Assembly: GCA_051313645.2 (NCBI GenBank)
Contig: JBNRSN020000005.1
Coordinates: 192,572,001-192,636,000 of the forward strand
Direction of reading: 5' to 3'
Length of the DNA stretch: 64,000 nucleotides
Source: Centroscyllium fabricii
Lineage: Eukaryota
The notes beneath the pieces were generated by a model, which was given only the letters and a program-made list of their open reading frames with translations, had not been told where the DNA came from and did not search any database. Both the position numbers and the translations under genes were made by a program. Shown here one piece after another: positions 1 through 13,392 of the stretch (positions are counted from its first letter, which is position 1; every line of letters begins with the position of its first letter).

Positions 1-1110
1 CTACGGCATGTTCTTTGCAGCCTTCAACATGTCATCGATGATGACGAACACCTCACTAAGGCCATCCCCACGCCCCCACTACTTGCCTTCAAACAGCCGC
101 CTAACCTCAAACAGACCATCGTTCACAGCAAATTACCCAGCTTTCAAGCGAACAGCAACCACGACACCACACAACCCTGCCGGGGCAACCTCTGCAAGGC
201 GTGCTAAATCATCAGCAAAGATACCATCATCACACGTGAGGACACCACACACCAGGTACACGGTACATACTCATGTGACTCGACCAACGCTGTCTACCTC
301 ATACGTTGCAGGAAAGGATGCCCCGGGGCATGGTACATCGGCGAGACCATGCAGACACTACGACAATGGATGAACGGACACTGCGCATCAATCGACAGGC
401 AGGAGTGTTCCCTCCCAGTCGGGGAACACTTCAGCAGTCAAGGACATTCAGCCTCCGATCTTCGGGTAAGCATTCTCCAAGGTGGCCTTCGAGACACACA
501 ACAATGCAAAATCTCTTTCAAAACTGAGATGAGGAGAAACTTCTTCACTCAGAGGGTGATGGGGCTGTGGAATTTGCTGCCCCAGAGAGCTGTGGAAGCT
601 ACTACGTTGAATAGATTTAAAACTGAGATAGACAGTTTCCTGGAATTAAAGGGAATTAGGGGTTATGGTGAGCGGGCAGGTAAGTGGACATGAGGCTATG
701 TTCAGATCGGCCATGTGATCTCCTGGACCAGTTTTCGATCGCCTAGATGGGTCGGAGAGGAATTTTCCAGATTTTTTCTCCCAAATTGGCTACTGGGTTT
801 TTTATCTGGTTTTTCACCTCTCCCAGGTGATCACATGGGTCTGGGCGGGGTGGAGAGTAAAAATAAAATTGAGGTTAGGATCAGATCAGCCATGATCTTG
901 TTGAATGGCGGAGCAGGCTCGAGGGGCCGATTGGCCTACTCCTGCTCCTATTTCTTATGTTCTTATGTAATCGTCGAGCAGAGGCTGATAGCCAAGTTCC
1001 ACACCCATGAGCACGGCCTCAACCGTGATATGGGATTTATGTCGCACTACATGTGACCCCTCCTGATGTAGAGTCATCCAGACTCGAATCATCTTTGGCT
1101 TGTTCTGCTA
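1..1110 (+). mobile_element. Penelope-like element 3' fragment (GIY-YIG endonuclease), interrupted by a CR1 insertion at 514-968
   Basis: Frame reads PLLAFKQPPNLK...CDSTNAVYLIRCRKGCPGAWYIGETMQTLRQ...VGEHF...QQCKI, then resumes after the insertion as VEQRLIAKF...GLNRD. There is an in-frame stop near 205. Confidence 0.85.
514..968 (+). mobile_element. 5'-truncated CR1 (HER1-like) LINE 3' end
   Basis: RRNFFTQRVMGLWNLLP...FKTEID C-terminus; tail GGCCTACTCCTGCTCCTA...(TTCTTATG)2; AATC duplication at 510-513 and 969-972. Confidence 0.9.
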
Positions 1111-1339
1111 TTTTCAGTAAGAACAATCCTTTTTTTTTTAAATCATTCTGTGGGATTTTCACAGACAGCAGACTGTAACATTTGACCCTTTGTGACTGCA
1201 CCCTTTGATCTCAGGCTGACGGATATGTTAGAATACCTTTGATTGCTTTGATGTCTCTCAGCTGAGGTGTGATGTGAAACAGTTGGGGAGACCACATTGT
1301 TCTCTCTCTATATATGCTATGTTTAAATGAATCTCATCA

Positions 1340-1468
1340 CTTCACCAGACAAAGGAGCAGCGCTCTGAAAGCTTGTGATTTCAACTAAAACTGTTGGACT
1401 ATAATCTGATGTTGTGTGACTTCTTACAATTGTCCACCCCAGTCCAACACCGGCACCTCCACATCATA
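1340..1468 (+). mobile_element. Penelope-derived terminal repeat fragment
   Basis: Degenerate hammerhead-like core followed by CTGTTGGACTATAA...TGTTGTGTGACTTCT; an inverted piece of the same repeat lies at about 47950-47990. Confidence 0.6.
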
Positions 1469-1597
1469 TATCGATGGAGAACAATATAATCTTTCCAACT
1501 GCTCTACATCACACCTCGGCAGAGAGACATTCATAGCAAAGGTGTGAATGGTGTTTAAACAGATCAAGAATGTGCCGCACACAGACTACAGGAGCCC

Positions 1598-1925
1598 ATT
1601 GCGCAGGCGCCTGACCCTGGTTTGGAGCATGCACGGTGCGTATAATGACAGAGATTATCGCCACACAGCAGCTGCACATTAATAGATGAGAAACGGCCCG
1701 AGGAGTGGAGTAATTGACCGGCCGGTGGGTGGGGTATCTTCATAAACAACTGCTGCAGTCCGCAAGCCCTGAACAATTGCTATCATAATAATGTGAAGGT
1801 CCCGCTTTCGCAGCTTCTGGACTTCTCCCAGTCACAGGTCCAGTCTGACGGCCGCCATCTTGATTCAGTGTGTAGCAAAGCGCATGCGCCGACATTTTGG
1901 TCAGGAACATAGTGGGCGGGGCTTC
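1598..1925. promoter_or_regulatory. CpG-promoter-like motif cluster (NRF1, YY1, GC box)
   Basis: TGCGCAGGCGC at about 1600, GCCGCCATCTT at 1851-1861, GCGCATGCGC at 1880-1889, GGGCGGGG at 1914-1921. No linked exon identified. Confidence 0.4.
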
Positions 1926-2051
1926 AGTGTCGGTTCCCACCCGGGCCCCAGAGCCCGGTTTATGAACAGATTTCTCACCATCTCTCCTGAAGCACAAGGT
2001 TAGCATCCCACACAGTTCTAACTGAAGAGCCCCAGAGCCAGGCTCCAATTC

Positions 2052-2510
2052 TACTGTTGCCTGTCACTTTAATTGTCCGCTTCAGTCCCACTCTGATCCC
2101 TCTGTCCTCGGCCTCTTAAATTGTTCCAATGAAGCTCAACGTAAGCTCAAGGAACAGCACCTCATCTTTCGATTAGACACTTTACAGACTTCCAGACTCA
2201 ACATAGAGTTCAACAATTTCAGACAATAATCCTGCCCACATTTTTCCTGCTGTATGATATTGCCATTCCCATTTACAACATTTAACCTTTCCTGCCTCTT
2301 ACATAAGCACGATATGTTCTTTCAATTTAATTCCTCCCCTCCGAAACCCCTGCCCCTTTCTCTGCACATGCATAATATCTGTTACACCTTCAGCTTTTCC
2401 CAGTTCTATTGAAAGGTCCCAGACCTGAAACTTTTACTTTGTGTCTATCTCCACAGATCCTGCATGGCCTGCTGAGTATTTCCAGCATTTTCTGTTGTTA
2501 TTTCACATTC
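2052..2510 (+). mobile_element. Penelope-like element 3' fragment with terminal repeat
   Basis: Decayed VACHFN...RKLKEQHLIFRL...LNIEFNNFR* followed by AGGTC-CCA-GACCT-GAAAC and TCTCCACAGAT...CTGCTGAGTATTTCCAGCATTTTCTG. Confidence 0.8.
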
Positions 2511-5500
2511 TACAGAACCAGGGTTGAAATCCCCATGTACAGTCCCAGGGTTAGAATTCCCATGTACAGTCCTGGGGTTAGAATCCCCATGTACAGTCCC
2601 AGGGTTAGAATTCCCATGTGCAGTCCCAGGGATGGAATCTCCATGTTCTGTCCCACGGATGGAATCTCCATGTTCAGTCCCAGGGAGGGAATCTCCATGT
2701 TCAGTCCCAGGTTTAGAATTCCCTTATACAGTCCCAGGGTTGGAATCCCCATGTACAGTCCCACGGTTAGAATCCCCGTGTACAGTTCCAGGGTTAGAAT
2801 CCCCATGTACAGTCCCAGGGTTAGAATTCCCATGTACAATCCCAGAGTCTGAATCCCCATGTGCAGTTCCATGATTGGAATCCCCATGTACAGTCTCAGT
2901 ATTAGAATTCCCATGTACAGTCCCAGGGTTAGAATCCCCTTATACAGTTCCAGGGTTGGAATCCCCAAGTACAGTCCCAGAGTTAGAATCCCTAAGTACA
3001 GTCCCAGGGTTGGAATCGCCATGTACAGTCCCAGGGATGGAATCCCCATGTACAGTCCCAGGTTTAGAATTCCCATGTACAGTCCCAGGGTTAGAATCCC
3101 CATATACAGTCCCAGGGTTAGAAACCCTATGTACAGTCCCAGGGATGGTATCTCCATGTACAGTCCCAGGATTAGAATTCCCATGTACAGTCCCAGGGTT
3201 AGAATTCCCATGTGCAGTCCCAGGGTTGGAATACCCATGTAAAGTCCCAGGACAGGAATTCCCATGTACAGTCCCAGGGATGGAATCTCAATGTACAGTC
3301 CCAGGGTTGGAATCCCCATATAAATTCCCGGGGATGGAATCCCCATGTACAGTCCCAGGATTAGAATTCCCATGTACAGTCACAGGGTTAGAATCCCCAT
3401 GTACAGTCCCAGGGTTAGAATTCCCATGTGCAGTCCCAGGGCTGGAATCACCATGTACAGTCCCAGGTTTGGAATTCCCATATAAATTCTCAGGGTTGGA
3501 ATCCCCATATAAATTCCCGGGGATGGAATCCCCATGTGCAGCCCCAATGTTGGAATCCCAATGTGCAGTCCCTGGGATGGAATCCCCATGTACAGTCCCA
3601 GGGTTAGAATTCCCATATACAGTCCCAAGGTTAGAATCCCTATGTACAGTCCCAGGGATGGAATCTCCATGTACAGTCCCAGGATTAGAATTCCCATGTA
3701 CAGTCCCAGGGTTAGAATTCCCATGTACAGTCCCAGGGATGGAATATCCATGTACAGTCCCAGGGATGGAATATCCATGTACAGTCCCAGGGATGGAATC
3801 TCCATGTACAGTCCCAGGGATGGAATCTCCATGTACAGTCCCAGGGATGGAATCTCCATGTACAGTCCCAGGGATGGAATCTCCATGTACAGTCCCAGGG
3901 TTGGAATCCCCATATAAATTCCCGGGGATGGAATCCCCATGTACAGTCCCAGGATTAGAATTCCCATGTACAGTCCCAGGGTTAGAATTCCCATGTACAA
4001 TCCCAGAGTCTGAATCCCCATGTGCAGTTCCATGATTGGAATCCCCATGTACAGTCTCAGTATTAGAATTCCCATGTACAGTCCTAGGGTTAGAATCCCC
4101 GTATACAGTTCCAGGGTTGGAATCCCCATGTACAGTCCCAGAGTTAGAATCCCTAAGTACAGTCCCAGGGTTGGAATCGCCATGTACAGTCCCAGGGATG
4201 GAATCCCCATGTACAGTCCCAGGTTTAGAATTCCCATGTACAGTCCCAGGGTTAGAATCCCCATATACAGGACCCAGGGTTAGAAACCCTATGTACAGTC
4301 CCAGGGATGGTATCTCCATGTACAGTCCCAGGATTAGAATTCCCATGTACAGTCCCAGGGTTAGAATTCCCATGTGCAGTCCCAGGGTTGGAATACCCAT
4401 GTAAAGTCCCAGGACAGGAATTCCCATGTACAGTCCCAGGGATGGAATCTCAATGTACAGTCCCAGGGTTGGAATCCCCATATAAATTCCCGGGGATGGA
4501 ATCCCCATGTACAGTCCCAGGATTAGAATTCCCATGTACAGTCACAGGGTTAGAATCCCCATGTACAGTCCCAGGATTAGAATTCCCATGTGCAGTCCCA
4601 GGGCTGGAATCACCATGTACAGTCCCAGGTTTGGAATTCCCATATAAATTCTCAGGGTTGGAATCCCCATATAAATTCCCGGGGATGGAATCCCCATGTG
4701 CAGCCCCAATGTTGGAATCCCAATGTGCAGTCCCTGGGATGGAATCCCCATGTACAGTCCCAGGGTTAGAATTCCCATATACAGTCCCAAGGTTAGAATC
4801 CCTATGTACAGTCCCAGGGATGGAATCTCCATGTACAGTCCCAGGATTAGAATTCCCATGTACAGTCCCAGGGTTAGAATTCCCATGTACAGTCCCAGGG
4901 ATGGAATATCCATGTACAGTCCCAGGGATGGAATATCCATGTACAGTTCCAGGGATGGAATCTCCATGTACAGTCCCAGGGATGGAATCTCCATGTACAG
5001 TCCCAGGGATGGAATCTCCATGTACAGTCCCAGGGATGGAATCTCCATGTACAGTCCCAGGGTTGGAATCCCCATATAAATTCCCGGGGATGGAATCCCC
5101 ATGTACAGTCCCAGGATTAGAATTCCCATGTACTGTCACAGGGTTAGAATCCCCATGTACAGTCCCAGGGTTAGAATTCCCATGTGCAGTCCCAGGGCTG
5201 GAATCACCATGTACAGTCCCAGGTTTGGAATCCCCATATAAATTCACAGGGTTGGAATCCCCATATAAATTCCCAGGGATGGAATCCCCATGTGCAGCCC
5301 CAATGTTGGAATCCCCATGTACAGTCCCAGGGATGGAATCCCCATGTACAGTCCCAGGGATGGAATCTCCATGTACAGTCCCAGGGATGGAATATCCATG
5401 TACAGTCCCAGGGTTGGAATCTCCATGTAGAGTCCCAGGGATGGAATCCCCATGTGCAGCCCCAATGTTGGAATCCCCATGTACAGTCCCAGTGATGGAA

Positions 5501-5610
5501 TCCCCATGTACAGTCCCAGGGATGGAATCCCCATGTAAAGTCCCAGGGATGGAATCTCCATGTACAGTCCCAGGGTTGGAAACATGTACAGTCCCAGGAT
5601 TGGAATCCAT
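2511..5610. repeat. 27-bp minisatellite (CATGTACAGTCCCAGGGTTAGAATCCC) with a 1161-bp higher-order repeat
   Basis: 9-aa periodic ORFs in several frames; the diagnostic variant TACAATCCCAGAGTCTG occurs at 2835 and 3996 (43 x 27 apart). Confidence 0.97.
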
Positions 5611-5907
5611 CCGTTTGCCAATAAGCTTGGTGCCCAGCACATGCTCCCTGTAAAACCCAGTTCAAGGGCAATCTGAATCCATTTTCCTGCTCCCTTTGTG
5701 CCCAGCATTGCCTGCATCCCCGGCACACGGAAGTGGAATTTAAGCCTCAATGTTACAGGTTTCCTCGGTTACAGTCTGGAGAGGAATAATTGAATCTGAC
5801 AACGAGCTGTGTGATTGGTTCAGCCTATCATAGGAACAGGAGGGGCCCATGATTAATCCCGCCTGTATACCCTCCTCTCCTAAACGCTGTTTACAAATGT
5901 CATCACT

Positions 5908-6250
5908 ATAAGTCGGAACAAGAGGAGGCAATTCAGCCCATCGAGCCTGTTCCCACATTCAATTAGATCTGGGCTGATCGTTATCTTTGCTCCATCTACC
6001 CGCCTTGGTTCCATAACCCTTAGTACCCTTGACTAACAAAAATCTCGCACACTCAGTTTTGAGATTTTCTATTGACCCCCAGCCACAGCAGTTTTTGGGT
6101 AGAGAGTTCCGGATTTCCAGTACCCTTTGTGTGAAGAAATGCTTCCTGACATCACCCCTGAATGGCCTGGCTCTGATTTTAAGGTTGCTGTGGACTCCCC
6201 CGGCAGAGGAAATAGTTTCTCTCTGTTTACCCAATCAAATCCTTTAATCA
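5908..6250 (-). mobile_element. CR1 LINE 3' fragment
   Basis: [29 protein letters not shown] plus CR1-type tail. Confidence 0.85.
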
Positions 6251-6252
6251 CC

Positions 6253-6722
6253 CATAGGAAGGATGTGATTGCTTTGGAGAGGGTGCAGAGGAGATTCACC
6301 AGGATGTTACCTGGGCTGGAGCGCTTCAGCTATGAAGAAAGACTGGACAGGCTGGGGTTGTTTTCCTTGGAGCAGAGAAGGCTGAGGGGGGGACCTGATT
6401 GAGGTGTACAAAATTATGAGGGGCATAGATAGGGTAGATAGAAAGGAATTTTTACCCTTAGTAGAGGGGTCAATAACGAGGGGTTATAGTTTCAAGGTAA
6501 GGGGCAGGAGGTTTAGAGGAGATTTGAGGATGAACTTTTTCACTCAGAGGGTGGTTGGAATCTGGAACTCACTGCCTGAATGGGTGGTAGAGGCAGGAAA
6601 CCTCACAACATTCAAGAAGCATTTGGATGAGCACCTGAAATTTCATAGCATACAAGGCTACTGACCAAATGCTGGAAAATGGGATTAGAATAGACAGGGC
6701 TTGATGGCTGGCGCAGACACGT
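6253..6722 (+). mobile_element. CR1 LINE 3' fragment
   Basis: [20 protein letters not shown]...YEERL...NFFTQRVVGIWNSLP. Confidence 0.9.
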
Positions 6723-6723
6723 T

Positions 6724-6900
6724 CGGCCAGTTGCTGCGGGAGGGGGGTCAGCCCGAGATCGGCCAGTTGCTGAGGGGGGTTGGGCGAGATCGGGGAGATG
6801 ATGAGGGGGGTCGGGCGAGATCGGGGAGATGATGACGGGGGTCGTCCGAGATCGGGGAGATGATGAGGGGCATTGGCAGAGATCGGGGAGATGATGAGGG
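6724..6900. repeat. 31-bp GC-rich tandem repeat
   Basis: GAGATC recurs at 6755, 6786, 6817, 6848 and 6879. Confidence 0.85.
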
Positions 6901-7191
6901 AGGGGTGCCGACTCATCATGCACTGTTTCCCCTACCCCCTTTAAGACCTGTCCAGCTCCAGAGTTCATGGGAAAGCAAGGGGTTGCTGAAGGAGCGCTGC
7001 ACCCGCGATCGGCAATTAGCGCCACGAAATTGGGCGTTTGCACCCGTGCAATGCTAGATTTAGCGCTAAAATCTGAAAGGCCGGCGCAAAACCCAATTTC
7101 GGGCGCTCCGGCGCTAATTTGCGCCCATCGCTAATTTTAATGATGCGCCCATTTTAGCGCCTCAAATCGTACGCTAATGAATTTCATGCCC
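6900..7191. mobile_element. Probable one-ended non-autonomous TIR element (Harbinger-like)
   Basis: GCGC/TAGCGC-rich segment ending GAATTTCATGCCC; similar in composition to 48535-49004. No partner TIR seen. Confidence 0.35.
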
Positions 7192-7472
7192 TATGACTCT
7201 GAATACCTCAATGAGATCACCACTTCATCTTCTAGATTCAAGCGAGTAGAAGCCTAGTCTATGCAAACTGTCTTCAGAATTTACAAAAGTCATCACTGTC
7301 GGTGCAGGATAGAAATTCTGAACAGACAGTTCTAGTATCTCTGCAACATTCTTTCCTCTCTTGCCCCTCCTAATCTGTAAATGCCCCATCCCACACGCTC
7401 CCCCTCCTCGCCACATCCTCGCTGTTTGAAATCCAGATTCATCGCAGCCTCATAATTGTCTCCCTTTCTCTC

Positions 7473-7756
7473 CTGAAGGTGCTGTGTGAAGTTGGTTTTC
7501 GGCCCCAGTCACTGTTTGCCCTCCAGTACCTTGCCGAGTGCTAATTCTAAGCTGTGAGTCTGTACTGAAGGTGCTGTGTGATGGTGGGGTTCTGCCCCAG
7601 TCATGGTTTGCCCTCCAGTACCTTGCCGAGTGGTAATTCTGAGCTGTGAGCCTATACTGAAGGTGCTGTGTGATGGTGGGGTCCGGCCCCAGTCACTGTT
7701 TGCCCTCCAGTACCTTGCTGAGTGGTAATTCTGAGCTGTGAGCCTATACTGAAGGT
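7473..7756. repeat. 92-bp tandem repeat, 3 copies
   Basis: CTGAAGGT at 7473, 7565, 7657 and 7749. Confidence 0.92.
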
Positions 7757-8372
7757 ACACAAGAAATTATTACACAAAATTAGGGCTCTTGGTGTTGGGG
7801 GTAAAATATTAGCATGGACTGAGGATTGGTTAACGGGCAGAAAACAAAGAGTAGGAATAAACGGGTCACTTTCGGGTTGGCAGGCTGTACTAATCGGGTA
7901 CAGCAAGGATCAGTGCTTGGGCCTCAGCTATTTACAATCTATATCAATGACTTCAATGAGGAGATTGAGTGTAATGTATCCAATTTTGCTGATGATACAA
8001 AGCTAGGTGGGACAGTAAGCTGTGAGGAGGACACAAAGAGTCTTCAATGGGACATAGACAGGTTAAGCGAGTGGGCAAGAACATGGCAGATGGAATATAA
8101 TGTGGAGAAATGTGAAGTTATCCACTTTGGTGGGAAAAATAGAAAAGCAGAATATTTTTAAATGGTGAGAGACTCGGAAATGTTGGTATTCAGAGGGACC
8201 TGCGGGTCCTTGTACATGAATCACAGAAAGTTAACATGCAGGCACAGCAAACAAATGGTAAGTTAGCCATTATTACAAATGCTTTGGAATTTAAGAATAA
8301 AGAATTCTTACTGCTATTATAGAGGGCCTTGGTGAGCCCACACCTGGAGTACTGTGGACAGTTTTGGTACTC
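7757..8372 (+). mobile_element. CR1 LINE reverse-transcriptase fragment
   Basis: WLTGRKQRVGING...QGSVLGPQLFTIYIND...FADDTKLGG...WQMEYNVEKCEVIHFG, frameshifted. Confidence 0.9.
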
Positions 8373-8384
8373 TCAGAATGCTGT

Positions 8385-8560
8385 TCGATGAGGTGTTCCA
8401 GGATTTTCACCCAGCGATGATGTCGGAACGGCGATATATGCCCAAGTCAGGATAGTGTGTGACTTAGAGGAGAACTGGGAGGTGATGGTGTCCCCATGCA
8501 CCTGCTGCCCTTGTCCGTCTAGGTGGTGGAGGTTGTGTGTTTGGGAGGTGCTGTCGAAGT
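8385..8560 (-). mobile_element. LINE 3' fragment of the family seen at 36277-37195
   Basis: Reverse complement resembles about 36880-37060. Confidence 0.65.
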
Positions 8561-8639
8561 TCCAGTCGTGTTGCAGATGTATAAAGTCGCTCTCCTTCAA
8601 TCCTCCCTCCCACCTCACTCTCTCTTCTCCCATAGAGGC

Positions 8640-9236
<597 letters not shown>

Positions 9237-9237
<1 letters not shown>

Positions 9238-12200
9238 CTGTAGGTGACAATCGTATGACCGTCTTTAGGTGACACAAACATGGCCGTCTGTAGGGGACAC
9301 AAACATGGCCGTCTGTAGGTAATACAAACATGGCTGTCTGTAGCTGATACAGACATGGCCGTCTGTAGGTGACGCAAATATGGCCGTCTGTAGGTGACAC
9401 AAGTATGACCATCTGTAGTTAACACAAATGTCGCTGTCTGTAGGTGATGCAAACATGACCATCTGTAGGTGACACAAATACGGCCGGCTGTATGTGACAC
9501 CTACAATGCCCTCTGTATATGGCATGAACATTGCTGTCTGTAAGTGACATCAACATGGCCGTCTTTAGGTAGCAGAAACATGGCCATCTGTATGTAACAT
9601 AAACATGGTTGTCTGTAGGTAACAGAAACATGGCCATCTGTAGGTTACACAAACATGGCCATCTGTATGTAACAAAAAATGGTCATCTGTAGGGAACAGA
9701 AACATGGCCGTCTGTAGGTGATACAAATATGGCCATCCCTAGGTGATACTAACATGGCCATCTATAGGTGATAGAAACATGGCCGCCTGTAAGTGATGCA
9801 AATATGGCCATTTGTAGGTGACACAAACATGGCCTTCTCTAGGTGACACAAACATGGCGTTCTCTAGGTGATACAAACATGGCTGTCTGTAGGTGACACA
9901 AACATGGCCGTCTGCATGTGACACAAACAATGCTGCCTGTATGTGACATGGACATTGGCGTCTGTCGGTGAATTAATCATGGCCATCTTTTGGTCACACA
10001 GACATGGCTTCCTGTAGGTGACATTAACATGGCTGTCTGTTTGTGATACAATGAGGGCCATCTGCAGGTGTCACACACAAACCTGCATGTACTTCACAGA
10101 ACCATGGCCATCGGTAGGTGACACAAACATGGCCGTCTCTTCATCACAGAACCATGACTGCCTGAAGGTGACACAAACACAGCCGTCTGTAGGTGACACA
10201 AACATTGCCATCTGTAAGTAACAGAAACACAGCCGTCTGTAGGTGACACAAACATGGACATCTATAGGTGACAGAAACATGGAATCTATAGGTGATACAA
10301 ATATGGACATCTATAAATGACAGAAACATGGCCGTCTGTAGGTGATACAAACTTGGACGTCTGTAGGTGACACAAACAGGGTCGTCTGTAGGTGATACAA
10401 ACATGGCCATCTATAGGTGACAGAAACATGGTCATCTGTAGGTGATACAAACATGGACATCTATTGGTGAAAGAAACAGGGTCGTCTGCAGGTAATACAA
10501 ACATGGCTTGTTGTGATACAACGAGGGCCATCTGCAGGTGTCACACACATAGCTGCATGTAGTTCACAGAAGCATAGCCAATTGTAGGTGACACAAATAT
10601 TGCCATCTGTAAGTGACAGAAACATGGCCATCACTTCGTCACAGGAACATGACTGTCTGAAGATGACACAAACACGGCCATCTGTAGGACACAGAAACAT
10701 GCCTACCTGAAGGTGACACAAACATGGCTGTCTGAAGGTGACACAAACAGGGTCGTCTGTAGGTGACACAAACATGGCCGTCTGTAGGTGACACAAACAT
10801 GGCCGTCTGTAGGTGACACGAACAGGGTCGTCTGTAGGTGACACAGACATAGCCATCTGTAGGTGACACAAACAGGGTCGTCTGTAGGTGACACAGACAT
10901 AGCCGTCTGCAGGTGACACAAACAGGGTCATCTGTAGGTGACACAAACAGGGTCATCTGTAGGTGACACAAACAGGGTTGTCTGTAGGTGACACAAACAT
11001 GGCCGTCTGTAGGTGACACAGACATAGCCATCTAGGTGACATAAACATGGCCGTCTGTAGGTGACACAAACAGGGTAATCTGTAGGTGACACAAACATGG
11101 CCGTCTGTAGGTGACACAAACTTAGCCATCTGTAGGTGACACAAACAGGGCCGTCTGTATGTGACATGGACATTGAAGTCCATAGGTGATATAAACATGG
11201 CCATCTGTTGGTGACAGAAACATAGCCGACTGTAGGTGACACAAACATGGCTTGTTGTGATACAATGAGGACCATCTACAGGTGTCACATACATAGCTGC
11301 ATGTAGTTCAGAGAAGCATAGCCAACTGTAGGTGACACAAATATTGCCATCTGTAAGTGACAGAATCATGGCTGTCACTTCGTCACAGAAACATGACTGT
11401 CTGAAGATGACACAAACACGGCCGTCTGTAGGACACAGAAACATGCCTACCTGAAGGTGACACAAACAAGGTAATCTGTAGGTGACAAAAACATTGCCAT
11501 CTGTAGGTGGCACACAAACAGTGTGATACAAACATGGACATCTATAGATGACAGAAACATGGCCGTCTGTAGAAAATACAAACAGCTATCTGTAGGTGAC
11601 ACAAACATGGCCGTCTGTATGTGACACTAACAATGCTGCCTGTATGTAACACGGACATTGCCGTCTGTAGGTGATATAAACATGGCTGTCTATAGCTGAC
11701 AGAAACATGGCCGACTGTAGGTGACACAAACATGGCTTGTTGTGATACAACGAGGGCCATCTGCAGGTGTCACACACATAGCTGCATGTAGTTCACAGAA
11801 GCATTGCCAACTGTAGGTGACACAAATATTGCCATCTGTAAGTGACAGAAACATGGCCGCCACTTCGTCACAGAAACATGACCGTCTGTAGGTGACGCAG
11901 TTGTCTGTAGGACACATAAACATGCCTATCTGAAGGGGACACAAACATGGACATCTATAGGTGACACAAACATGGACGTCTATAGGTGACACAGGGTCGT
12001 CTATAGGTGACATAAACATGGAAGTCTATAGCTGACACAAACAGGGTCGTCTGTAGGTGACACAAATAGGGTCATCTATAGGTGGCACAAACATGGACAT
12101 CTGTGGGTGACACAAACAGAGTCGTCTGTAGGACACAGAAACATGCCTATCTGAAGGTGACACAAACATGGACATCTATAGGTGACACAAACATGGCCAT

Positions 12201-12274
12201 CTGTGGGTGACACAAACAGGGTCGTCTGTAGTTGACACAAACATGGACATCTGTAGGTGACAGAAACAGGGTCG
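9237..12274. repeat. 25-bp satellite (GTCTGTAGGTGACACAAACATGGCC), left part
   Basis: 25-bp period (10756, 10781, 10806); a variant block recurs near 10040, 10510, 11253 and 11739. Confidence 0.97.
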
Positions 12275-13392
12275 CATATGTGGTGTATGTAGCATTGTTA
12301 ATACAAAGTTATCATTGCGCACTACTTTGTACTGTGGTCCGCCACTACTGTATATAAATCTAAGCGTGGAGTAATATGGGTCAGTTCCAGACTGTACCAT
12401 GATGAGTAAACATCACCTTTAGTTCGTACCTGTACAACTGAGTCTGTCATTATTAATCCTCAATAGTGCGGGCTCAACAATGGCAACGAGGTCAGTCGAA
12501 CTCATAGCTGTGTATTCGGCTACGTCGGGAAATGAAAAGATTCATTTTTAACTGAAGTCGACCATTGACCACTAAGGCACACCCTGCACTCCAGAAAAGG
12601 GAGCGGCAGCGATTCAACAGCAGAGGGAACTCAGTCAGCCTACACTCCAACACTGGGAGTGGCGAGGCATTTTCGCTCCAGCCAACAGAAATTGGCAGCA
12701 GGAGCCAGCAGAAACCGGCAGCAGGAGCCAGCAGAAATCGACAGCAGCAGTCAGCAGAAATCGGCAGCAGCAGCCAGCAGAATTCGGCAGCAGGAGCCAG
12801 CAGAAATCGACAGCAGCAGTCAGCAGAAATCGGCAGCAGGAACCAGCAGCAGCAAGAGCCATCAGAATCGGGTGCCCAGCTCAACAGCGGCAGGAAGGCG
12901 GCGAAGCAGGACCCAGCCAGCAGAAGCATCGGACATCGGCTCGAAGTGGGGCCAGAACAACAGCAAACAAAGTCGCACATCGGGGTCGAACGGGAGCATC
13001 CAGGGTGACGAAGCCAGTCACCAGAAGTGGTTGTCGAGGACCTAGGGTGGTCCTCTGACCAGGAGAACGCACCAGCTTGCAGGTAGAGTGCAATCCTTAC
13101 TGTAACCGCGGGGGAAATCAGAGGCCCAGCAGGGGAGAGACGCCATCTTTGAGCAGGAAAAGCACAGGAAGAGACGCGCGCAGGTGGGAAGATGCCGGAA
13201 GAGACGCGCAAAGGCGGGGCTAAGTGCCGGAAGAGACGTGCAAAGGTGGGAAAAACGCCATCTTAGCACGGGAAGAAACCGGAAAAGAAGTGGGAAGGCG
13301 GGACCAATGCCATCTTTTGGTGGGAAAGTGCTGGAAGAGACGTGGGGAGGCGGGAGAAGATGCCATCTTGACTGCAATAAAATTAAATAAAC

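Noticed and set aside
2409-5750. Long repetitive ORFs (up to 448 aa) as real proteins
   Set aside because: They are a by-product of a 27-bp monomer that is open in several frames on both strands; no splice or domain evidence.
5908-6722. Twin-primed inverted LINE
   Set aside because: Both pieces are overlapping 3' ends of different CR1 subfamilies.
7262-7470. Possible minus-strand intron fragment of the shark ZNF gene family
   Set aside because: The resemblance is from memory only; nothing in the window supports it.
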